DNA of 64,000 bases, from the NCBI GenBank assembly GCA_041653875.1, contig JBAZEM010000003.1, forward strand, positions 34,587-98,586. Direction: 5' to 3'. Source of the stretch: Kiritimatiellia bacterium. Lineage in GTDB: Bacteria; Verrucomicrobiota; Kiritimatiellia; JAAZAB01. Under the pieces are notes generated by a model that was given only the letters and a program-made list of their open reading frames with translations, was not told the origin of the DNA and did no database searches. Below are positions 42,218-51,317 of this stretch, piece after piece. Position 1 is the first letter of the stretch, and every line of letters starts with the position of its first letter. Position numbers and translations under genes: made by a program.

Positions 42218-43999
42218 ATGTTTATCCGCCTGCGGAGAATTATTATGATGTTTATATCCAAGTTCAACAAATTGATTCGCAACAAATTTGTCTGGAGTGG
42301 TTTTGCCTTTATCGTCATTCTTTCGTTCGTGGCGTGGCAAACCCAAACGAGTGGCAGGGGCGGAGATGAAACCAAGAACGCCGCCGGCAAGCTTGACGGC
42401 AAGCTGGTGCCTGAGGCCGAAATGCGTTCGGCTTATTTCAATTCCTACCTGTACATGGCGCTCATGACGGGTCGGGCGCTGCAGATGACACCCCGGGTCG
42501 AGGAGGCGCTCCGGCACATGGCCTGGCGGCGGCTGATCGCCTTGCGCGGCGCCCGGGAGGCGGGCATCGAATCCAGTCCGGAAGAAGTGGTGTCCGCCAT
42601 TCAGCAGCAGCCTTTCTTTCAGGAAAACGGCCGGTTCAGCCGCGCGCGCTATGGCGCCTTCGTTCAGCAATTTTTAGCGAACATGCACGCCACCGAAAAC
42701 CAGTTTGAAGACCATATTCGCCAGGAAATCGCGCTGAGCAAAGCCCGCTTGATGCTGGCCCAGTCCGTGTGGGTGGCGCCGTTGGAAATCGAGGAAGTCT
42801 ATCACCAGCTTTACGATACGTTTGTCGTCAGTTATGTAAAGCTTACCCGTGACGAACTGGAGCACGCCGTGAAGGTCAACGACGCCGAGACGCGGGCGTA
42901 TTTCGAGGCGCATACGAACGACTTTACGATCCCCGAGAAAATGAAGGTCAAGTATGTGACGTTCCCATTCGCGCGCTTCATGGATGAAGGCGCCGTGGAA
43001 GACGCGGCCTTGCGCAGTTACTATGACGAGCACATTGAGGAGTTCACCGCGCGCGGGACGGGCGATCTGCTAAGCGCCCGCTCGTTCGAGGAGGTTGAGG
43101 ACACGCTCCGCGACCGGCTGGCGCAGGAAGCGGCGGCTGTGGCGGCCGGCGACCATGCCGCCGATTTTGAGGTCGCCCTGGCGCCGGATCGCAAGGGGCA
43201 AGCGCCTTCATTCGATGCGGTTGCGCGCGCCGGCGGCCTGGCAGTGACAACTTCGGCGGTTTTCACGTTGAACGGCCCTGTTCCCGGCCTGCAGGTCGGG
43301 CCGGAATTCAACAAAGCCGCCTTTGCCCTGCGGCCGACGCCGGACGATTATTTCAGCCATCCTGTGCATGGCAGCAACGCGTTTTATGTGCTGGCATTCG
43401 ACGAAAAGTCCGACGCGCGTGTGCCTGCGTATGACGAGGTCAGGGCCGAGGCGCGCCGGGCGGCGCTGGCGCAGGCGACTTCCAACAAGCTGGCGCAGAC
43501 GTCCGAAAGCATTCACCAGGCCGTGGCCGACGCGCTCCAGCACGGCAAGACGTTTGCCCAGGCCATTCGCCCCTATCACCTGGAAGTGCTCACCACGGAG
43601 CCTTTTGAGGCACGCACCGGGTTGGACACGGAAGATAAGGACGCGTTCAACGAACTGACCAAAAACATCCTGTTTTTAAATGCCGGCGAATTGACCCATA
43701 TTCTCCCGATCGAAGGCGGCGTGGCGATTGGCCACGTGGATTTCCGGATTGCGGCCGACCGGACCTTGTTGGAATCCATCAAGAATGAACTGGGCCAGTA
43801 TATTCGCAAGCACCGCGAGGAGTTGGCCTTTCGCGAATGGCAGGAGTATTTGCTGAAGGCCCATAAATTCGAGGATCCCGCCGCCAGGAAAAAATCACTT
43901 GCGGAAGAAGCGGCGCCGATGACGGAAGACGGGGCGCCGGCGCCGTCCGGCGTGAGACAGCCGGAGGGCGAAGGCAAGGGCAATTACATTGTGGATTGA
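42218..43999 (+). CDS. Periplasmic chaperone / peptidyl-prolyl isomerase, PpiD/SurA-like
   Basis: N-terminal anchor KFNKLIRNKFVWSGFAFIVILSFVAW, then a SurA_N-like region and a long alpha-rich body. An alternative start is at 42245. Confidence 0.7.
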   Translation: MFIRLRRIIMMFISKFNKLIRNKFVWSGFAFIVILSFVAWQTQTSGRGGDETKNAAGKLDGKLVPEAEMRSAYFNSYLYMALMTGRALQMTPRVEEALRHMAWRRLIALRGAREAGIESSPEEVVSAIQQQPFFQENGRFSRARYGAFVQQFLANMHATENQFEDHIRQEIALSKARLMLAQSVWVAPLEIEEVYHQLYDTFVVSYVKLTRDELEHAVKVNDAETRAYFEAHTNDFTIPEKMKVKYVTFPFARFMDEGAVEDAALRSYYDEHIEEFTARGTGDLLSARSFEEVEDTLRDRLAQEAAAVAAGDHAADFEVALAPDRKGQAPSFDAVARAGGLAVTTSAVFTLNGPVPGLQVGPEFNKAAFALRPTPDDYFSHPVHGSNAFYVLAFDEKSDARVPAYDEVRAEARRAALAQATSNKLAQTSESIHQAVADALQHGKTFAQAIRPYHLEVLTTEPFEARTGLDTEDKDAFNELTKNILFLNAGELTHILPIEGGVAIGHVDFRIAADRTLLESIKNELGQYIRKHREELAFREWQEYLLKAHKFEDPAARKKSLAEEAAPMTEDGAPAPSGVRQPEGEGKGNYIVD

Positions 44000-44004
44000 C
44001 GGTA

Positions 44005-44715
44005 TTATTCCCGTTGGCGCGACCGGTTGCGCTCCCGATAATAGCGCGACAACATCAGGAAGAACCGGAAGGTGTCGCGGAGCGGGTTGATTTTGCTTTT
44101 GCCCTCGTTATAGATCACGGTAATGGGCACCGCATCCATGCGAATGCCCCGGGATGCGATGTGCAGAAGGATTTCGGACTCCGCCGCGAAACGCGTGGAC
44201 TGGGCCTCGATGAACGGCAGAACATCGCAGCGGTAAAGACGGAACCCGCACTGGGTATCCGGCACATACTGGTTCATGGCCCGGCTCAGCAACCAACTCA
44301 TGTAGCAGTTGGTCCATTTGCGAACCTGCGGCATATTGCTCAAGGCCCCCATCCGATTTCCAATCAGCACGGGAATGCCGGTGCGCTCGTAGGCCTCGAT
44401 AAAGCGCGGGATATCGGCGGGATCGTGCTGGCCATCGGCGTCCATCGTGATCAGATAATCGAACCGGTTTTGGCGGGCATAATCGAACCCCGTATTAAGC
44501 GCCACCCCTTTGCCCTTGTTGGCGGTGTGGCGGATCACCACGGCACCGGCGTCGGCGGCTTCCTCGGCCGTCCGGTCAGGGGAGCCATCATCGACGACGA
44601 TAACCGTTTGGACATATTTCCGGACGCTTTGGACGACGTCGCGGATCATGCGCTGTTCCCGATAGGCCGGGATGACGACGCAGAGTTTCTGTTCATGGCG
44701 TGTGGTTGTACTCAT
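44005..44715 (-). CDS. Family 2 glycosyltransferase (polyprenyl-phosphate glycosyltransferase-like)
   Basis: LCVVIPAYREQRMIRDVVQSV...VIVVDDGSPDRT and DADGQHDP. The start at 44715 overlaps the end of the upstream acyltransferase gene. Confidence 0.85.
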   Translation of the reverse strand: MSTTTRHEQKLCVVIPAYREQRMIRDVVQSVRKYVQTVIVVDDGSPDRTAEEAADAGAVVIRHTANKGKGVALNTGFDYARQNRFDYLITMDADGQHDPADIPRFIEAYERTGIPVLIGNRMGALSNMPQVRKWTNCYMSWLLSRAMNQYVPDTQCGFRLYRCDVLPFIEAQSTRFAAESEILLHIASRGIRMDAVPITVIYNEGKSKINPLRDTFRFFLMLSRYYRERNRSRQRE

Positions 44716-45583
44716 GATTGCTCCTTTGGTTCCAAAAATCGTCGAACATAAACCACTGCAGGGGATTGCGTCCGATTTCCTGTTCCAGCACATCGCGGAT
44801 CCGCTCCTGCAACTCCGCCACCGTGGCCCATGGTTCCGGCACGATCGGGGGATAAAGGCGCAGGAGAAACGTATCGTCCGGCTGGCGCAACAGGAAGGTC
44901 GGCACTAAAGGCGTCCGGGTCTTGACGGCAATTCGCGCCGGGCCGCTGGAGAGGTGCGCCAATTTGCCGAAGAACAAGATCGGCAAATGGTGGGCGGTAA
45001 AATCGCGGTCGGCCAGCATGGCCACGCATTCCTTGCGCTTCAGCGCTTCCATGACGCCCCGCGCCGCGTGCCCGATCGGGATACATTGAAGCCCGCGCTG
45101 GCTGCGATATTTTTGAAACAGCGCATTGATTTTACTGGTCCGTTGCGGCAAATAAACGGCATGGATGCGCCGCCCTTGGGATGCCAGGATGGCGCCGCCC
45201 AATTCCCAGTTGCCCAGATGCGCCGTAATTAATATAACGCCGCGCCCCAGCGCTTCGGCCTGCTCAAGATACTCGATATGCTCCAGACTCACAAGGCGCT
45301 GGAGCCCCCCCGGCGTGAAACGCGCAAACTTGAAAAAATCGACCAGATATTTGCCGAAATACTGGAAATTTTTGCGCGCCATCTGTTCAAGCGTTTTATC
45401 CGAAGCGGCGATGCCCTGTATTGCCAGAATCTGTCGGAAGTTGGAAATGACGGCGTGGCGTCCGATGCGATCCGACGCATAGAAACGGTCGGCAATGCGC
45501 AGTCCCAGCCAATAGGCAAACCGTCGCGGCAGCGCCCGGCTGACAATCTGCGCCAGACGATAACATATATATTTGTCCGGCAT
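44693..45583 (-). CDS. Lipid A biosynthesis lauroyl/myristoyl acyltransferase family (LpxL/HtrB-like)
   Basis: ITAHLGNWELGG (family H-x-GNWE motif), FAYWLGLRIADRFY, LADRDF. Confidence 0.8.
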   Translation of the reverse strand: MPDKYICYRLAQIVSRALPRRFAYWLGLRIADRFYASDRIGRHAVISNFRQILAIQGIAASDKTLEQMARKNFQYFGKYLVDFFKFARFTPGGLQRLVSLEHIEYLEQAEALGRGVILITAHLGNWELGGAILASQGRRIHAVYLPQRTSKINALFQKYRSQRGLQCIPIGHAARGVMEALKRKECVAMLADRDFTAHHLPILFFGKLAHLSSGPARIAVKTRTPLVPTFLLRQPDDTFLLRLYPPIVPEPWATVAELQERIRDVLEQEIGRNPLQWFMFDDFWNQRSNHEYNHTP

Positions 45584-45587
45584 AATG

Positions 45588-45668
45588 AGGAATGGTTAAT
45601 GGAAAATGGTTGACGGTCAATGGGCAATGGTCGATGGTTGATGGTTGATGGAAAATGGTCAATGATTC
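45588..45668. repeat. Family W 'aatggt/caatgg' word repeat
   Basis: gaggaatggttaatggaaaatggttgacggtcaatgggcaatggtcgatggttgatggttgatggaaaatggtcaatgattcg. Confidence 0.55.
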
Positions 45669-45728
45669 GTCATCTCAAGATGTTTTCCGTTTTTCGCTTC
45701 CGCTCTCCACTTTCCGCTTCCTGCTTTC

Positions 45729-46634
45729 TCAATTATCTTCCTGCGCCTGCGCGTCGCCCATGAGCTGGTCCGCCTGGTAAGAGGAGCGCACCAAGGGACC
45801 GGAGGCCACGGCCATGAACCCCATTTCCAGGGCGCGCCGGCGATAGTGCTCGAACCGTTCGGGGGGCACAAAGCGCGCAATCGGCCAGTGGCGCGGAGAG
45901 GGCGCCAGATACTGGCCAAGCGTCAGGCCCCGGCAGCCGGCGGAGCGCAGATCGGATATGGCCGCCATCAATTCGTCGTCGGTTTCGCCCAGACCGACCA
46001 TCAGGCCGGATTTCACGATCAGCTTCGGCCGCCATGCGGCCGCCACGCGAAGCACTTGGAGCGAGCGGTCGTAATCCGCCTGCGGCCGCACGTCCGGCTG
46101 GAGCCGGCGGACAGTTTCCAGATTGTGATTGAAGACATGCGGCGCGGCCGCCAGGACGGTCTCCACCAGATGGCGCCGGCCCTGAAAATCGGGCGTCAGC
46201 ACTTCAACCGTGACGCCTTCCCGGCATTTGAGCCGGATAACGGTTTCGGCAAACAGCCCCGCGCCGCCGTCGGCCAAATCGTCGCGCGTGACGCTGGTGA
46301 CGACCACGTGCCGCAACCCCAGGGTGCGGGCCATTGCGACCACGTGTTCAGGCTCGCGGGTGTCGGGAGGGTGGGGGACTCCGCCGCGCACGGCGCAAAA
46401 CTTGCAGGAACGCGTGCATGTTTCCCCGAGGATCAGGACCGTGGCCGTGCCCCGGTTATAGCACTCCAGTTTATTTGGACAGCGCGCCCCTTCGCACACC
46501 GTGCGCACTCCTTCCGCGCGGATGGTCGCATGCACTTTCGAGAAATGGCCGTCCGCCCGCAGGCGGACCCGGATCCAGGGCGGCAGGCGTTGCGCGGTGT
46601 TTTGGGAATGAATTTTGGGTGTGTCTGATATCAT
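45729..46634 (-). CDS. lipA: Lipoyl synthase
   Basis: CPNKLECYNRGTATVLILGETCTRSCKFCAV (both LipA Cys clusters). The likely start is MISDTPK at 46634; the track ORF extends to 46724. Confidence 0.9.
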   Translation of the reverse strand: MISDTPKIHSQNTAQRLPPWIRVRLRADGHFSKVHATIRAEGVRTVCEGARCPNKLECYNRGTATVLILGETCTRSCKFCAVRGGVPHPPDTREPEHVVAMARTLGLRHVVVTSVTRDDLADGGAGLFAETVIRLKCREGVTVEVLTPDFQGRRHLVETVLAAAPHVFNHNLETVRRLQPDVRPQADYDRSLQVLRVAAAWRPKLIVKSGLMVGLGETDDELMAAISDLRSAGCRGLTLGQYLAPSPRHWPIARFVPPERFEHYRRRALEMGFMAVASGPLVRSSYQADQLMGDAQAQEDN

Positions 46635-46805
46635 AGGCCCACTGTTCCAAAATCTTCGTTCGCGCGGCGGCGCAAAAATACTGGACGGCGCTTTAACCAT
46701 ACATGGCTGGAGGCATTCTGCCAAATAAAAACGATGCGGGCGATTGACACTTTCACGTCGTTATGCGAAATTCAAGCCAAGTCCGTCGGGAAAGGAAGCG
46801 GAACA

Positions 46806-47681
46806 ATGATGTTTAATCGCGTTGCCATTGTCGGGTTGGGGCTCATGGGCGGGTCGCTGGGACTGGCCATCAAGCGGAAAGGTTTGGCCCGGGTTGTGGC
46901 CGGCTTTGCGCGTCGCGCGGAAACGCGCGAACTGGCTTTGGAACTGGGAATCGTGGACCAGGTTTTCGAACGCCCCGAGGATGCCGCGCAAGACGCCGAC
47001 CTGGCGATTTTCTGCACCTCGGTCAGTTCGATCCCCGAATTGATCGGGGCGTGCCGCCGCCGGCTGGCGGCCGATGGTGTCATGACGGACGTCGGCAGTT
47101 GCAAAGCCGAGATTGTGAGACGCGTGGAGGGATTGTTCCCGCGCGCGCCGGCGCCTTTCATCGGCAGTCACCCGATCGCCGGCTCCGAGCGCCAGGGGAT
47201 TGAGGCGGCGTCCGCTACGCTTTACCAGAACGTGCTTGTGGCGCTGACGCCCACCCGCCGGACGGCGCCGGAAGCCCGCGCGCAGGTGACGCGTTTATGG
47301 CAAGGGCTGGACGCCCGTGTGCAAGAGTTATCGCCGCGGGCTCACGACAATCTCATGGCAAAAACCAGTCATGTGCCGCACCTGGTGGCCGCGCTATTGG
47401 CTGCGTGCGTGGGCCGGGCTCAACCCGGACGGGTCGGGCTGTTCTGCGGCGCCGGTTTCTTTGACACCACGCGCATTGCGGAAGGCGATCCCCAGTTATG
47501 GCGGGATATCATTCGCGCCAACCAACCGGCGATTTACAACGAACTGAAGGCGTTTTCCGGGGAAGCGGATCGTTTGTTGAACATCTTTAAAAGCGGCGAT
47601 CTGGAGATGCTGGCCAAGTTTCTGCAAACAAGCCGGGAGCGTCGGCGCGCCCTGACGCGGGCCCATGGTACCGCCTCATGA
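46806..47681 (+). CDS. tyrA: Prephenate (arogenate) dehydrogenase
   Basis: VAIVGLGLMGGSLGLAIKRKG Rossmann motif, GSHPIAGSE. Its stop overlaps the aroA start. Confidence 0.85.
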   Translation: MMFNRVAIVGLGLMGGSLGLAIKRKGLARVVAGFARRAETRELALELGIVDQVFERPEDAAQDADLAIFCTSVSSIPELIGACRRRLAADGVMTDVGSCKAEIVRRVEGLFPRAPAPFIGSHPIAGSERQGIEAASATLYQNVLVALTPTRRTAPEARAQVTRLWQGLDARVQELSPRAHDNLMAKTSHVPHLVAALLAACVGRAQPGRVGLFCGAGFFDTTRIAEGDPQLWRDIIRANQPAIYNELKAFSGEADRLLNIFKSGDLEMLAKFLQTSRERRRALTRAHGTAS

Positions 47682-48994
47682 ATACGGCCGATAGTGCAAC
47701 CATCCACCCCTGCCGCGCGCTGACCGGCGCTGTGCGCGTTCCGGGGGACAAGAGCATTTCACACCGCGCGGCCATGCTTGCGGCGCTGACGATCGGCCCC
47801 TCGCGCTTGACTGGATTTTTACGGAGCGAAGATTGCCTGAACACCCTCAAGGCCATGGAGTGCCTGGGCGCACAGGTTGAGATCGCGCCGGAATTCATCC
47901 AGGTTACGGGCAGGCCCTGGGCCTGTCCGCGCCGGCCCCTGGATATGGGCAACTCGGGAACCGGCCTGCGGCTCCTGACCGGGCTCCTGGCCGGGCGGCC
48001 ATGGACCACGGAATTAACCGGCGACCGATCGTTGCGTTCACGTCCCATGCAGCGCATCCGGGCGCCGTTGGAGCAAATGGGCGCCCGGGTCGAACTGCTG
48101 GGGGCGGGGAACTGCGCGCCAATCCGCATCACCGGCGGGGCCTTGCGGGGCATCGCATATCCCATGCCCGTCGCCTCCGCCCAGGTCAAATCCTGCATTC
48201 TATTGGCGGCTCTTTTTGCGGAAGGCGAAACGCGCATCGAGGAACCGCTGCCCACGCGGGACCATACCGAGCGCGCCTTCCAGGAGTTGGGCATCCCATT
48301 GCTGGCGGAAGGAAACCGGATCGCGCTCCGGGGCTATGGGCCGCGCGGGCCGGAGCTAAAATCCCGGGATTGGACCGTGCCCGGCGATTTTTCGTCGGCC
48401 GCCTTTTGGCTGGTGGCCGCCGCTGTTTTGGGGACGGATGTGACCGTTCGGAATGTTGGCTTGAATCCGCGGCGCACCGCCTTGCTGGATGTGTTGAAGC
48501 GCATGGGCGCCAATCTGGACGTTGTGCCGGAAAGCGCGCCGCCGGCAACGGAGCCGTCCGGCGCCATCGTCATTCACGGTTCCGATTTACGCGGCGCCGA
48601 GATCGGCGGCGCCGAAATTCCGAACCTGATCGATGAGCTTCCCATAGCGGCTGTGGCCGGCGCCCTGGCGCGCGGAACGACGATTATCCGGGACGCCCGT
48701 GAACTGCGGGTCAAGGAATCCGACCGCATTGCATGCATGGTCGCCAATCTGAAAGCCTTGGGCATTCCGGCAGAAGAACGCGAAGATGGGATGACGGTTA
48801 CAGGCGGGGCGGCGGTGCGCGGGAATGTGGAACTTGATTGTTACGGCGACCATCGGATCGCCATGGCCATGGCAATCCTGGCGCTCCGGGCTTCGGCGCC
48901 CGTGCGCATTCGGGGGATTGCCTGCGTGAACACCTCGTATCCTGAATTCTGGCAGCACTTGACGGCGTTGGGCGCCAAGGTCGAATTGAATTAG
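47678..48994 (+). CDS. aroA: 3-phosphoshikimate 1-carboxyvinyltransferase (EPSP synthase)
   Basis: VRVPGDKSISHRAAMLAAL, LDMGNSGTGLRLLTGLLAG, DHRIAMAMAI. Confidence 0.93.
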   Translation: MNTADSATIHPCRALTGAVRVPGDKSISHRAAMLAALTIGPSRLTGFLRSEDCLNTLKAMECLGAQVEIAPEFIQVTGRPWACPRRPLDMGNSGTGLRLLTGLLAGRPWTTELTGDRSLRSRPMQRIRAPLEQMGARVELLGAGNCAPIRITGGALRGIAYPMPVASAQVKSCILLAALFAEGETRIEEPLPTRDHTERAFQELGIPLLAEGNRIALRGYGPRGPELKSRDWTVPGDFSSAAFWLVAAAVLGTDVTVRNVGLNPRRTALLDVLKRMGANLDVVPESAPPATEPSGAIVIHGSDLRGAEIGGAEIPNLIDELPIAAVAGALARGTTIIRDARELRVKESDRIACMVANLKALGIPAEEREDGMTVTGGAAVRGNVELDCYGDHRIAMAMAILALRASAPVRIRGIACVNTSYPEFWQHLTALGAKVELN

Positions 48995-49073
48995 GTGCGG
49001 CCGCCGACGCCCGGTAAGGGCGCCGGGCCAACAGCGTTTTTTTTTGTAGGCCGGGTACCCTGACCCGGCGGGA

Positions 49074-50462
49074 TTGGCATTTCCTATGAATTCAATAATC
49101 GCCATCGACGGGCCTTCCGCCTCCGGTAAATCCACGGTCAGCCGCAAGGTGGCCGAGGGATTGGGCTATATCCACGTGGATTCGGGCGCCATCTATCGCG
49201 CGCTTACCTGGCAGATTATCCGCGACGGTCTGGCCGGGGCTTCGCCGGAAGCGATCATCCGGCATCTGCCTTCGGTAACACTGCGTTTTTTTGTGGAAGA
49301 GGGCGCCCTCCGTTTTACCATTAACGATGTCGATCCCGGGGCGGCCATCCGCTCCCTGGCGGTTCAGGAACAAGTCAGCGCCGTGGCGGCCATTCCGGAG
49401 GTGCGCGCCTGGGTGGGAGAACGCTTGCGATCGCTGAAGACGCTCGGCGACCTGGTCGTGGAAGGGCGCGATATCGGCAGCGTGGTGTTTCCGGAAGCGG
49501 CTTTCAAATTTTATCTCGATGCCGACCCCGAGGAGCGCGCCCGGCGCCGCTATCTTGAACAACAGGCTCTGGCCGGAAATAAAACGAACCCGGACGAAGT
49601 CAAACGCGCGCTTTTACGGCGTGACGCCTGCGATCAGTCGCGCTCGACGGCGCCGTTAGTCATGGCGCCCGGGGCCCGGCGCATCGAGACAACGCGCCTG
49701 ACCATTGAGGGCGTGGCGGCGCAGGTTTTTGAGATGATTCGCGCCGCCCCGCCAAAGCGCCTGCCCAAAGCCGTGAAACAGGATGGATTTATACCGTTCG
49801 TTTATCATTTATCCCGCGTATTTTTTCTGTGCTACCTGTGGATTTTTCACCGCTACAGGACGCATGACCGCAAACACTTGCCGCCGAGAGGCGGTTGCAT
49901 CCTGGTGTCCAATCACGCCAGCTTTCTCGATCCGATCGCGGTGTGCTGTAATATCTGGAACCGGCATATTTATTTCCTGGCCCGCGACACCTTGTTCCAG
50001 CAGTCGCGCTTCATGAAGTGGTGGGCGATATCGGTCGGCACACTGCCCATCGACCGCACCAAAGGCGACATTCGCGCGCTGAAAGGCGCCATTACCCTCG
50101 TGCGCCAAGGCAATATCCTCTGTCTTTTCCCGGAAGGCACGCGCACCCACGACGGACGCCTCCAGTCGGTCAAGGCCGGCATCGGGTTCTTGATCGAAAA
50201 AGCGGGTGTTCCGGTCATCCCCGCTTATGTAAGCGGCACTTTTGAGGCGTTCCCCCGCGACGCGCACAAAATCAAATTCCATAAGATTGACACTTATTTC
50301 GGCAAGCCCGTGACGCCGGCGGATTGCGCCGTGTTCAAGGACGATCCGGATAGGCACCAGAAAATCGCCGATATGGTCATGGCGCGCATCGCGGCCCTGA
50401 ATCCGGCGGGTAAAGACGTGACGGAGAACCGGGGCGCCGGCGAATCGGCGCAACACGCATAG
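49074..50462 (+). CDS. cmk: Fusion protein: (d)CMP kinase + 1-acyl-sn-glycerol-3-phosphate acyltransferase
   Basis: N-terminal half IIAIDGPSASGKSTVSRKVA...HVDSGAIYRA (Cmk). C-terminal half VSNHASFLDP and FPEGTRTHDG (PlsC H-x4-D and EGTR blocks), after a hydrophobic linker. One uninterrupted ORF. Confidence 0.85.
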   Translation: MAFPMNSIIAIDGPSASGKSTVSRKVAEGLGYIHVDSGAIYRALTWQIIRDGLAGASPEAIIRHLPSVTLRFFVEEGALRFTINDVDPGAAIRSLAVQEQVSAVAAIPEVRAWVGERLRSLKTLGDLVVEGRDIGSVVFPEAAFKFYLDADPEERARRRYLEQQALAGNKTNPDEVKRALLRRDACDQSRSTAPLVMAPGARRIETTRLTIEGVAAQVFEMIRAAPPKRLPKAVKQDGFIPFVYHLSRVFFLCYLWIFHRYRTHDRKHLPPRGGCILVSNHASFLDPIAVCCNIWNRHIYFLARDTLFQQSRFMKWWAISVGTLPIDRTKGDIRALKGAITLVRQGNILCLFPEGTRTHDGRLQSVKAGIGFLIEKAGVPVIPAYVSGTFEAFPRDAHKIKFHKIDTYFGKPVTPADCAVFKDDPDRHQKIADMVMARIAALNPAGKDVTENRGAGESAQHA

Positions 50463-50532
50463 GCGGCCTGTCATCCGGCGTCCAATTTGGGTCTAACGCC
50501 CGCCGGCTTGCGCGGCCGCCGCGCTTCTGTTA

Positions 50533-51255
50533 TTGTTGCCCGCCATGACCCCGGAAATTTATATTTGGCCTTCATTATTGGCCGGCGATTTCGGCCGGCT
50601 GGAAGAATCGGCGCTCAAGGCGCAGGCGTCCGGGGCCGACGCCCTGCACCTGGACATCATGGATGGGCACTTCGTGCCCAACCTGAGCATGGGTCCGGAT
50701 GTGGTCAAAATGGCGCGCCGCTGCCTGACTATTCCGCTCAGCGTGCACCTGATGCTCTCGCGGCCGGACCGGTTGGCGGAGGTGTTCGTCAAGGCCGGCG
50801 CCACGCGCCTGTCGATCCACGTTGAAGCCTCGTGCGATGTCCTGGGCACGCTCCGGCATATTCGCGCGCTGGGCGCCATTCCCGGTGTGGCGCTCAATCC
50901 CGAGACGCCGTTCGAGGCCTTGCTTCCATTTCTCGGCGAAGTGGACGAGGTGCTGTGCATGACCGTTCATCCGGGATTCGGCGGACAAAAATTCATGCCG
51001 GAGATGTTGCCCAAGATCGCCGCCATCCGCCGGGCTGTGCGCGCGGCGCGGAAAAAGGCGGGGGCTGGGATGGCGGACATCACGGTGGATGGCGGGATCG
51101 ACCTTGACACCGTAACACGCGTGGCGGAGGCCGGCGCCAATATCATGGTGGCCGGGAGCGCGCTCTTTAGATCGAAAACCATGGCGCAGGATTTGCGCCA
51201 AATGCGGGAAAAAGCCCGCGCGGTGTTCGGCAATGACGCAACCGGAGAACGGTAG
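50533..51255 (+). CDS. rpe: Ribulose-phosphate 3-epimerase
   Basis: PSLLAGDFGRLEE...ALHLDIMDGHFVPNLSMG, MTVHPGFGGQKF. Confidence 0.9.
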   Translation: MLPAMTPEIYIWPSLLAGDFGRLEESALKAQASGADALHLDIMDGHFVPNLSMGPDVVKMARRCLTIPLSVHLMLSRPDRLAEVFVKAGATRLSIHVEASCDVLGTLRHIRALGAIPGVALNPETPFEALLPFLGEVDEVLCMTVHPGFGGQKFMPEMLPKIAAIRRAVRAARKKAGAGMADITVDGGIDLDTVTRVAEAGANIMVAGSALFRSKTMAQDLRQMREKARAVFGNDATGER

Positions 51256-51317
51256 ATGGTTAATGCCTCGATCCCCGCCTAAACCATTTCCCATTAACCA
51301 TTGACCATGCCCTAACC

